DNA of 64,000 bases from Candidatus Ozemobacteraceae bacterium (GTDB lineage Bacteria; Muiribacteriota; Ozemobacteria; Ozemobacterales; Ozemobacteraceae): positions 2,432,001-2,496,000 of the forward strand of contig OZ223236.1 of the NCBI GenBank assembly GCA_965140445.1, read 5' to 3'. A program made the translations under genes and the position numbers. Below are positions 56,365 to 64,000 of the stretch, piece by piece. The notes beneath the pieces are model-generated. The model searched no databases and was not told the origin of the DNA. It saw nothing but the letters and a program-made list of their open reading frames with translations. How positions within the stretch are numbered: position 1 is the stretch's first letter; each line of letters opens with the position of its first letter.

Positions 56365-57126
56365 GTGCGTTATAGCGTTTTTGGTGATACGCATGTTGGA
56401 AAAGTTAGAGATCATAATGAAGATGCCTTTTTTGTATCAGAAGAGGGTGGTTTTTTCATTGTATCTGACGGAATGGGGGGCCTAAAAGCGGGAGAAGTTG
56501 CTTCTGCAATTACCCGTGATGTTGTTTCGGAAGCTTTAACTAATGAGGAAATTGCTAATCTTGAAGTTGCTATAAAAGAGGCTTTTTCAAAAGCTAATGA
56601 AAAGGTAATTCAGTATTCAGAAGAAAATCAAAGTATGAAAGGGATGGGTTGCACCTGTGTTGCCCTGGCTCTTAAAGACAATGAATTCTATCTTGGTCAT
56701 GTAGGTGATAGTAGAGCGTATCTCTACAGAAAGGGAATACTAAAACAAATTACCCGGGACCATTCATATGTTGAAGAGCTTTTCTCAAGAGGTTTAATAA
56801 AAGAAGAAGAGAAAAAAGACCATCCATATAAAAATTCCATTACCAGGTATATTGGATCAAAAGATAAATTATCTGTTGATGTAATATCTGGTCCAATATC
56901 AAATGATGATATTTTTATTCTCTGCTCGGACGGTTTGACCGGTGAGGTCGACGATAAAGGAATAGAGACTATTTTAAAAACAAATTCCGAAACCGAAAAA
57001 ATCTCGAAAGCTCTTATAGAAAAAGCCCTCGAGAATGGTGGTGGAGATAATATTACTGTTGTTGTTGTAAAAATTATCCGAAAAAAACCAGGTTTTTTTA
57101 AGCAGATGTTTGGCTGGGATATCTAG
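56365..57126 (+). CDS. PP2C-family Ser/Thr phosphatase (Stp1/PrpC)
   Basis: RDHNED, SDGMGG, HVGDSRAY, CSDGL and GGGDNIT. Confidence 0.95.
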   Translation: MRYSVFGDTHVGKVRDHNEDAFFVSEEGGFFIVSDGMGGLKAGEVASAITRDVVSEALTNEEIANLEVAIKEAFSKANEKVIQYSEENQSMKGMGCTCVALALKDNEFYLGHVGDSRAYLYRKGILKQITRDHSYVEELFSRGLIKEEEKKDHPYKNSITRYIGSKDKLSVDVISGPISNDDIFILCSDGLTGEVDDKGIETILKTNSETEKISKALIEKALENGGGDNITVVVVKIIRKKPGFFKQMFGWDI

Positions 57127-58341
57127 TTATATTCCAAACACCTCTTTTAGCAGCGAAAACATATTCCAGGTGCCTTTTTCAAGCTCTTCACCTGTTAGGC
57201 GTCCACATAGTTTTTTCATTGCCATAAGAATTGCTGTTCCATCACTTTGTTTTGAGAGAACAAAAGGTGTTCCCTGGTTGACTGAAGGAACTACAACGTT
57301 TCCTTCACTTGGGATAAAGTGACTGATTGCATATCTTAATGACTTTTCTACTTTAGATGGCTCTAACCCCATAGTTTTAAAAGCTCTATTTAAAACAACT
57401 TTGATTTTATCTTTTGGAACTTTTAATCGCATTAAAAGATCCAGCAACAGTTTGGTATTTTTAATAAAGGTCAGTTCCATGGTCATCATCAGCATTAATA
57501 GATCTGTAGAATCAATAATTGCCAATTCTAAGTCTGTAAGCTGGTTGTGTGTATCAACAATGATAAAATCATAGTGATTCTTTAAAATCTCAATAACTTT
57601 TTGAACAAAATCAGGGCGAATTGTTTCTGCAAGTTCAGGAATTGGAGGGGGTAAAAGAACTTTTAAACCAGAGCTATGGGAAGTTAATTCCTTTTCAATG
57701 TGAGAAATTTTTAACGGATTCCTGGCTTTGGTTAGGTTGTGTATGTGCTTATCTGCGTTTAAACCAAGCAAAATAGCCTGATCCCCAAAAGCAAGATTTA
57801 GGTCAAGTAAAACGACCTTTTTTTTCCAAAACTTAGCAAGCATAACTGCAACGTTGGCAGAAATTACAGATTTTCCTGCTCCGCCTTTCACGTTAAAAAA
57901 AGTTACAACTTTGCCAAATTGACTTTTTGACAGACCTTCTTCCAGCAACATTGGTGCACGGCGTGAATATGTGTCACGGCTTTCTTTTGCAAAACCTGGA
58001 TAAAGACCGATCAGTCGGAGATAAAAGTCTTTAGGAATAAAAATTAAATGAAATTCCTGATAGCCAATTAGGGTCGCAAGAGATGCTGTACCATTTAATA
58101 TTTCAACTTCTCCATAGGTGTCGCCCGGGTCTAGTGTTAAAAGGGTTTCACGTCTCTCACCATAGGTTTTTATTACAGAAACCTGCCCTTCAACAACCAT
58201 TATCATTTCATTAAAAGGCTCTTTTTCTTGAACAATTTTTGTTCCAGAGGTGTAACGTTGAAATCTGCAAATTCGTTTGAGTTTTTCCAACTCTCTTGTT
58301 GGCAATGTACTAAAGAATGAAAATGTTTTTAGATCTATCAT
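57127..58341 (-). CDS. cNMP-binding-like domain + CpaE/TadZ(MinD)-like ATPase
   Basis: N-terminal CAP_ED-like domain (VVEGQVSV, PGDTYGEV); NVKGGAGKS, LDLNLAFGD, YDFIIVDT, SVNQGTPF; amphipathic tail FSLLKEVFGI. Confidence 0.85.
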   Translation of the reverse strand: MIDLKTFSFFSTLPTRELEKLKRICRFQRYTSGTKIVQEKEPFNEMIMVVEGQVSVIKTYGERRETLLTLDPGDTYGEVEILNGTASLATLIGYQEFHLIFIPKDFYLRLIGLYPGFAKESRDTYSRRAPMLLEEGLSKSQFGKVVTFFNVKGGAGKSVISANVAVMLAKFWKKKVVLLDLNLAFGDQAILLGLNADKHIHNLTKARNPLKISHIEKELTSHSSGLKVLLPPPIPELAETIRPDFVQKVIEILKNHYDFIIVDTHNQLTDLELAIIDSTDLLMLMMTMELTFIKNTKLLLDLLMRLKVPKDKIKVVLNRAFKTMGLEPSKVEKSLRYAISHFIPSEGNVVVPSVNQGTPFVLSKQSDGTAILMAMKKLCGRLTGEELEKGTWNMFSLLKEVFGI

Positions 58342-58580
58342 AAAATCCTGACTCTTTGTTTCTGTTGAATTTAGGCAAATAATCTCTTTACCTCAAGAAA
58401 TAACATTTTTTAAAAACAAAATAAACTTTTTCAGAATTTTCTAGTAATATAAATAGAGTAAAGAAAGCATTTGCTATTTTTAGGAGTTTCGAAAATCCTA
58501 AATGACAAAATAAATTTTTGCCATTACAGAATAGCTTTTGAATCGTATATAAAGCGAATAGATTAATTAGGGGGAGAATA

Positions 58581-59834
58581 ATGAAGTATACAGCAAAAAT
58601 CCTGTGGTTAGCTCTTGTTGCCATTGTTTGTTTAAGTGGGGCTAGTTTTGCAGGAAATAACCCTTTTTCAGGGACGGTTGTAAGTATTCCTGATGCAGTT
58701 TACACTCCAGCAACCACTAATCAGCTTCCGCCAGTAGTGGAAGGAAAACCTGAAGAAGCAACTGTTGTTGTGGAAGATTCTTTGAACGTAAGAACTTCTC
58801 CCTGGGGCGATGTAGTAGGGGTTATCAAGAATGGAGACAAAGTTAATATCATCGGGCAAAACGGAGATTGGTACAAAATTTCTGTCGATGGTAAAACTTC
58901 CTATGTTCATTCCTCTTGCATAAAAAGAGAAGGAGAAGGTGAAAAAACTTTCCCCAAACTTGGTTGGGTAAATGCTCCTCTTGGTTTGAATGTTAGAAGA
59001 GTTCCGGATGGAGACGTTGTTGGCTCCCTAAAAGATCAAATGCAGGTTCGAATTCTCGGAGTCTCTGGAAACTACTATAAAATCAAATGGGGCGATAACA
59101 ACGAAGCCTTCATTAATAAGCATTATGTTGATTCTGACCAGCCTGAAGCACCTAGTTCCGCTGATGAAGTAAATTTTGTTGGTAAAATCACAGCCCAATC
59201 AGGGTTGAATGTCAGAACTGCTCCTTGGGGCGCAATTGATACAGCTCTTCCTTATGGAATTTCAGTTAAGGTTACCGGAAAAATTGATGACTGGTATCGT
59301 ATTGATTACAACGGAAAAGTTCGTTATGTCCATTCTAATTGGATTGCAAAAGAAGGTGAAGAACCTTCTACACAAGGAACAACTACTGCAGGTCCAGTTG
59401 CTTCTGCTGCCGGTGGATCACTTCAGTCTAATATTGTCAGATCCGCAAGGGCGCTGGTTGGAAGCACTAATTTCCGAGGATCTGATGTCGCAGGAGGAAG
59501 ATTGGCCTGTGCAAAGGTTGTAACAACTGCTTTAAAAAATGCTGGAGCATTGGATAAAGTTCATTTGAATTGTAGATCAACAATTTCAGACTTGAGATCA
59601 CATGGGTGGCAGGAAGTAAATGTTCCGCCTTTCCAGGAAGGCGATGTAATCACCTGGAAAACCTATGATTATACCGGCGATGGTGTTAAGGATGATGACA
59701 CCCATATCGGAATCATTTGTAAAGAGGGAAATAGCTTCAAAGCTATGAATAATTCATCTCGCTTACGAATGCCAAGAATGATGGATCCATTCGCTATTCA
59801 ACCAGTTTCCAGAGTAATGCGAAAGGTAGCGTGA
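58581..59834 (+). CDS. secreted SH3b x3 + NlpC/P60-like peptidoglycan hydrolase
   Basis: Three LNVR...WY(K/R)I repeats; C-terminal CAKVV, GDVITW, HIGII and NNSS. Confidence 0.8.
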   Translation: MKYTAKILWLALVAIVCLSGASFAGNNPFSGTVVSIPDAVYTPATTNQLPPVVEGKPEEATVVVEDSLNVRTSPWGDVVGVIKNGDKVNIIGQNGDWYKISVDGKTSYVHSSCIKREGEGEKTFPKLGWVNAPLGLNVRRVPDGDVVGSLKDQMQVRILGVSGNYYKIKWGDNNEAFINKHYVDSDQPEAPSSADEVNFVGKITAQSGLNVRTAPWGAIDTALPYGISVKVTGKIDDWYRIDYNGKVRYVHSNWIAKEGEEPSTQGTTTAGPVASAAGGSLQSNIVRSARALVGSTNFRGSDVAGGRLACAKVVTTALKNAGALDKVHLNCRSTISDLRSHGWQEVNVPPFQEGDVITWKTYDYTGDGVKDDDTHIGIICKEGNSFKAMNNSSRLRMPRMMDPFAIQPVSRVMRKVA

Positions 59835-59840
59835 ATTTAA

Positions 59841-60815
59841 ATGAAGCTGAGATTCACACTACTAGTTGCTTTAATGCTTGTTATTGGATCTAACATTTTG
59901 CTTGCACAATCTAATGAAAGCTGGAAGCTTAATTTCGGTAAAAAAGCAGATCAAATCGGCTATTACAATGAAAAAAGTGCTAAGAATTTTGCTGAAGATG
60001 CTGCTTTCGGACCAATGTCCTTTAGGATCAACAAGGGGTTTCTTTGGTTGCTGGATTCAATTCGAGGAAGACTTCTTTGTTTTAACCAAAAAAATGTAAT
60101 GGTTAAAGAAATTTCAGTTCCAGGTTTACCTAAGAATTCTGTTTTGGAAGACTTTGCTTTTGAAACTGGCAAAACAGAGCGCTTTGAGGCTTTCTGGGTT
60201 GCTGAAGCTGCGGAAGGAACTATTAGAAAGGTTTCTCTTCCAAGTGGTAAAGAAATGGCAAGAATTGGTGGCCTTGGTAATGAGCCTGGAAAGTTTATTC
60301 AAATTCATCAGGTTGAAACTGATTTAACTGGAAGGCTTTACGTTGGAGATTATGGAAGAAGTAAAATCTGTGTTTTCACTCCATACGGAAAACTTGTAAG
60401 AGAAATGGATTGGCAAATGACTGATTTTGCCTTGGATAGAAAGAATCGATTATACAATCTTCATTACTTGCCAGACTCTGGATATTATTTGCAGGTTTTT
60501 TCCCCAGAAGGAACCCTTTTGAAAAACACTCATTTAGGCTTTAAAGATCTTCAAAATGCAAGAATCCTCAAGGCGGAAGAAAATGGTGGTGTTAAAATCT
60601 GCTTTATCCCTGCCACCGGCTTCAAGGGAACCTTAAAGCTCATTGAAGTTAACAACTTTGGAGCTACTATTAGACAACAAGAGTTTGTACCGCCAAAAGC
60701 AATGAATAGATTCATATTTGATGATTCCCAAGCTATTTGGCTTGCTGCAGCTGATTTCTATGCGGCCCCAAATGGAAAATTTGAAATAAAGAAAATTGGT
60801 TGGGGTGGATATTAA
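59841..60815 (+). CDS. exported NHL-like beta-propeller protein
   Basis: Signal peptide; GPMSF, GGLGNEPGKF...GRLYVGDYG..KICVF. Confidence 0.7.
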   Translation: MKLRFTLLVALMLVIGSNILLAQSNESWKLNFGKKADQIGYYNEKSAKNFAEDAAFGPMSFRINKGFLWLLDSIRGRLLCFNQKNVMVKEISVPGLPKNSVLEDFAFETGKTERFEAFWVAEAAEGTIRKVSLPSGKEMARIGGLGNEPGKFIQIHQVETDLTGRLYVGDYGRSKICVFTPYGKLVREMDWQMTDFALDRKNRLYNLHYLPDSGYYLQVFSPEGTLLKNTHLGFKDLQNARILKAEENGGVKICFIPATGFKGTLKLIEVNNFGATIRQQEFVPPKAMNRFIFDDSQAIWLAAADFYAAPNGKFEIKKIGWGGY

Positions 60816-61654
60816 TGCAAGTTTTGAAAAGTAGAATTTGGATACTGGGTTTAGTTTGTTTTTTGAGCTGCATTCAGGGAGCTGCTTTTTCTCAGATTGT
60901 TGTAGAAAAAGAGCAGGTTCTTGTTTTACCTGATGAGATTGCCTCTGGATTACTTGGTATAAGAGCTGTTGATGATTCGGTTTTTATTGCAAGTGAGAAT
61001 GGAAAGTATATCAAATATGAGATTTCAACAGGTGAAAGACTGAACGGAGTTATGCCTGTTAAAAAGGTGACTGATTTTGATGTGATATTGGGCCAGGTTA
61101 TCTATCTTGATACTACAGGCAGATTGGGAGGAAAGATCCGCCCTGAATGGCCGACTAGATTTTCTGCGGCCAGAATTGAATCGACAAATGAAGGGGTTTT
61201 ACTCACTGGAGCTCAAAAGTCCTTCTTTCTTGAGAAGAACGCTACCGGGGCTGTGGAGCTTTCTGGTTCTTTTATTATGAAGCCAGTTAATAATGGTTTT
61301 ATATGGAGATTAGAAGTCTTGGCAAAAACTGGACGTTGGGCAATTGTGCTTTATGATTGCTATGGCAATTTACTTAAGGAAATTTATGAATTTTCTTCTG
61401 ATTTTAATCCTACTGGACTTGAAATTGGACCAGTTGGTTTCGAAGGTGAAGTTTTGATCTCATTCCATAATGGATCGCAAAGAGAGCTTGCTCTTATTGG
61501 GCAAAATGGGCATATGGTATGGCGATTGAACGCTTCACCAAAATTAGCATTGAGAGATGTGGCTTTTGACAGTAAAGGGAAACTCCTTGTCCTTGAAAAA
61601 GAAGGTAAAGAGGTTGTCTTAAACCGATGGAATTTTAAAATTCCTCAAGGCTAA
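60815..61654 (+). CDS. exported hypothetical beta-rich (propeller-like) protein
   Basis: Signal peptide; TAATG coupling at 60813-60817; DVAFDSKGKLLVL. Confidence 0.6.
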   Translation: MQVLKSRIWILGLVCFLSCIQGAAFSQIVVEKEQVLVLPDEIASGLLGIRAVDDSVFIASENGKYIKYEISTGERLNGVMPVKKVTDFDVILGQVIYLDTTGRLGGKIRPEWPTRFSAARIESTNEGVLLTGAQKSFFLEKNATGAVELSGSFIMKPVNNGFIWRLEVLAKTGRWAIVLYDCYGNLLKEIYEFSSDFNPTGLEIGPVGFEGEVLISFHNGSQRELALIGQNGHMVWRLNASPKLALRDVAFDSKGKLLVLEKEGKEVVLNRWNFKIPQG

Positions 61655-61659
61655 TTAGT

Positions 61660-62823
61660 TTAAGTTCTTTTATATATTAAAACTTTCTGGCGGCTTTCAT
61701 TGAAATCCGCCAGATCTTTTTTTAGCTCATGAATAATTGCCTCAAATGGAGCTTCAGAAATCAGTAGATTACGTATTGAGTCTGTTCCTGCGAGGTAATC
61801 AAAAAATGGATGATCAAGATTAGGTCTTGGTGTAAATTCTATTAAATCTCCGTGAACTTTTAGGCACGTAAAAATCATCGCTAAACCTATTTCCACAGAA
61901 TTAGATAGAAAATGATCCGTAGCTGAAATTTCGATTCCTCGACAATTTTCTCCAGCAAATTTTGAAAATGTAGGCAGAAACTCTATTGCGTTTAATTGAA
62001 TTGGATAGCTAAAATTTTCGCTATAAATTTCCAGGAATCTTTCAGAATCAAACCAGGGTGCTCCAAAAGTTTGAAATGGTGATCGAGTTCCTCTTCCTTC
62101 AGAAAGATTTGTTCCTTCAAAAAGGCAGGTTCCAGGGTAGAACTTGGCAGTTTCAGTTGAATGCATACTGGGTGAAGGCTTAAACCAGGGAAATTTCAAA
62201 TCTTCGTATACCGTAGGACAAGCGTAGTCCTGGCACTCCCAGACTATAAGGTCCAGTTTATAGTTGTTTCTTTGCTTCCACCACTTTCCTAGCTCTCCAG
62301 GGGTCATTCCATAACGAAGTGGAATGGGAAGATGACTGACGAATGATTCAAATCCCTGCCGAAGATCAGGACCCTCTACTATTTTTCCCCCGAGAATATC
62401 TGGCCTATCGAGGATATGGACTGGAGTTTGGGTTTTTTCTGCAGCGTCAATAACGTTTTTTAGTGTTGAGATGTAGGTATAAAATCTTACGCCAACATCT
62501 TGAATGTCGTATAAGAGAATGTCGAGGTCAGAAAAAAGAGAAATGTCTGGATTTTTTGAACTCCCATAAAGACTAATAATCGGGATACTCAATTCTTTAT
62601 GGACAGAATTTGAAACATGCTCTCCATCAGGTTCCTGAGAAGAAAATCCGTGTTCTGGTGAAAAAACAAGTTTCAAATCGAAGCGGGGATCATCATTGAT
62701 AAGATTCAAAATGCTGATTCCGTTGGAATTCCTGCCAGTATAATTGGTTACTATGCCAACATTAACAGTTTTTGAACTTTTAAAGTTGCTGAGAAAGTTT
62801 TCCAGACCGGGTTTAAAATTCAT
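61660..62823 (-). CDS. namZ: exo-beta-N-acetylmuramidase NamZ family (DUF1343)
   Basis: FSPEHGF, SLYG, DIQDVGVRFYTY, PSPS and NLSEGRGT all canonical. Confidence 0.9.
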   Translation of the reverse strand: MNFKPGLENFLSNFKSSKTVNVGIVTNYTGRNSNGISILNLINDDPRFDLKLVFSPEHGFSSQEPDGEHVSNSVHKELSIPIISLYGSSKNPDISLFSDLDILLYDIQDVGVRFYTYISTLKNVIDAAEKTQTPVHILDRPDILGGKIVEGPDLRQGFESFVSHLPIPLRYGMTPGELGKWWKQRNNYKLDLIVWECQDYACPTVYEDLKFPWFKPSPSMHSTETAKFYPGTCLFEGTNLSEGRGTRSPFQTFGAPWFDSERFLEIYSENFSYPIQLNAIEFLPTFSKFAGENCRGIEISATDHFLSNSVEIGLAMIFTCLKVHGDLIEFTPRPNLDHPFFDYLAGTDSIRNLLISEAPFEAIIHELKKDLADFNESRQKVLIYKRT

Positions 62824-64000
62824 TTTTCCAGCTCTTTTAGTGTGTCTGATAAAAGATAAAGTGATCCAGTAATAAGAACCGTGCCTTTAACTCCATGTAT
62901 CTTTTCAAGCGCTTGTGATACATGTGTACACGTTTCCCATTCTTTTTCTGAAGAATGAGTGTCCAGAAAAAGTTTTGGTTCCATGGCTCTACCACATGAA
63001 GGTGGGCAATATATAAAACGGGTCCCGACCGTTTCAAGGCGAGAGGCCATTATGGATGCAGGTTTTTCTTCCAATGTGCCAAAAATAATTGTCAAAGGCT
63101 CTTCTGGCGGGTATCTTTTCAGATATCTGAGTAAACAGTCTAAGCCTTCCGGGTTATGCGCTCCGTCCAGCAGAAAGGTATTGTGTTCCTTTTTTATCCA
63201 TTGGAGACGTCCTGGCCAGAATACAGTTTTTATACCAGTAACAATCGCTTCATCTGAAATTTGAAACCCATTGCTTTTAAGTTTTTCGATTAATTGAAGC
63301 GCTAGAGCCAGGTTTTCAAGTTGGTGTTCACCAGGCATTGGGAAAAAGATTTCCTCATCTGAGTATGGAGTTTTTATCTGGTGTCCATTTGAGCAGCTGT
63401 TGATTGTTGTGAACATTTTTTCTCGTTCAACAATAATCATTTCAGACTTAATATTGTCTGTTGCTTCCTTAAAAACCTTAAGAATTTCAGGGTCTTTTTC
63501 AGTAGTGATGAGAGGTCTTTTCTTCCTGATTATTCCAAGTTTTTCTTTTGCTATGGAAACTTTTCCTGTCCCAAGCATATCCTGATGATCAGTACCTATG
63601 TTGGTAATTAAGGAAATTTCTGGTTCAGCTGTATTTGTTGAATCAAATCTTCCTCCCAGACCAACCTCAAGTAGAACAAGATCGCATTCCATTTCTTTGA
63701 ATACTAAAAAAGCAAGAGCGGTAACTGTCTCGAAGAATCCAGGACCACCAATTGAGGGTTCTTTGTCCATGAGTTTAAAAATTTCTTTTAATTCTGAAAC
63801 TGCTTCGACCCACAATTTATTTTCTACAGGTTGCCCTTTAACTCTAACTCTTTCACGAAGATCCATAAGATGTGGAGACGTAAGTGCCCCAATATTGTAA
63901 TCTTCACATTGGCAAAGAATTGATTCTGCAATAGAAGTAACAGAGCCCTTTCCATTAGTTCCACCAATTATTACTGTGGCGTATTCTCTTTGAGGGTTTT
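62820..64000 (-). CDS. folC: folylpolyglutamate synthase/dihydrofolate synthase (5' end outside window)
   Basis: Frame is open to the window edge with GGTNGKGS and TSPHL; also EVGLGGRFDSTN, WPGR, DGAHN and GSLYL. Confidence 0.95.
   Translation of the reverse strand, partial: NPQREYATVIIGGTNGKGSVTSIAESILCQCEDYNIGALTSPHLMDLRERVRVKGQPVENKLWVEAVSELKEIFKLMDKEPSIGGPGFFETVTALAFLVFKEMECDLVLLEVGLGGRFDSTNTAEPEISLITNIGTDHQDMLGTGKVSIAKEKLGIIRKKRPLITTEKDPEILKVFKEATDNIKSEMIIVEREKMFTTINSCSNGHQIKTPYSDEEIFFPMPGEHQLENLALALQLIEKLKSNGFQISDEAIVTGIKTVFWPGRLQWIKKEHNTFLLDGAHNPEGLDCLLRYLKRYPPEEPLTIIFGTLEEKPASIMASRLETVGTRFIYCPPSCGRAMEPKLFLDTHSSEKEWETCTHVSQALEKIHGVKGTVLITGSLYLLSDTLKELEK

Noticed and set aside
58470..58530. 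c-di-GMP-I riboswitch upstream of the cell-wall hydrolase
   Set aside because: GAAA and GACAAAA look-alikes are present, but the GGCAAA element and second stem are missing; kept only as dyads.
2842..63900. Many 60-113 aa ORFs nested in or antisense to long genes
   Set aside because: Shadow ORFs of well-supported CDS, with no RBS or recognisable motifs.
1..64000. CRISPR arrays, tRNA/rRNA, IS elements, integrases
   Set aside because: No repeat-spacer periodicity, RNA-gene signatures or transposase/integrase motifs seen; intergenic gaps are short.

Overview
AT-rich, densely coding bacterial chromosomal segment with about 60 CDS. I found no rRNA, tRNA, CRISPR array, IS element or prophage. The organism is probably an anaerobic, fermentative diderm (ackA, buk/ptb, a TPR-beta-barrel protein). 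The gene repertoire resembles Ca. Riflebacteria, but that is inference only. Contents: two Flp (type IVb) pilins, each with a sigma54 promoter; a minor-pilin (PilV/W/X-like) operon headed by a divergent NamZ; an accB-like/accC/xseAB/ispA/ispD/ispE/dxr/ispF operon; a LysM-SNF2-YqhG-like operon; a secreted PAD-type arginine deiminase; and housekeeping genes. Best candidates for undescribed biology: (1) a convergent four-gene module at 53368-58341 in which two CpaE/TadZ(MinD)-like ATPases carry FHA and cNMP-type sensor domains in place of a receiver domain. They flank a membrane Ser/Thr kinase and a PP2C phosphatase, and both ATPases and the phosphatase end in MinD-like membrane-targeting helices. 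(2) A sigma70-family factor with two identically spaced 7-Cys N-terminal domains (38247-39755). (3) A BCCP homologue lacking the biotinylated lysine, directly upstream of accC (17556-17972). All domain calls come from reading motifs by eye, not from database searches.
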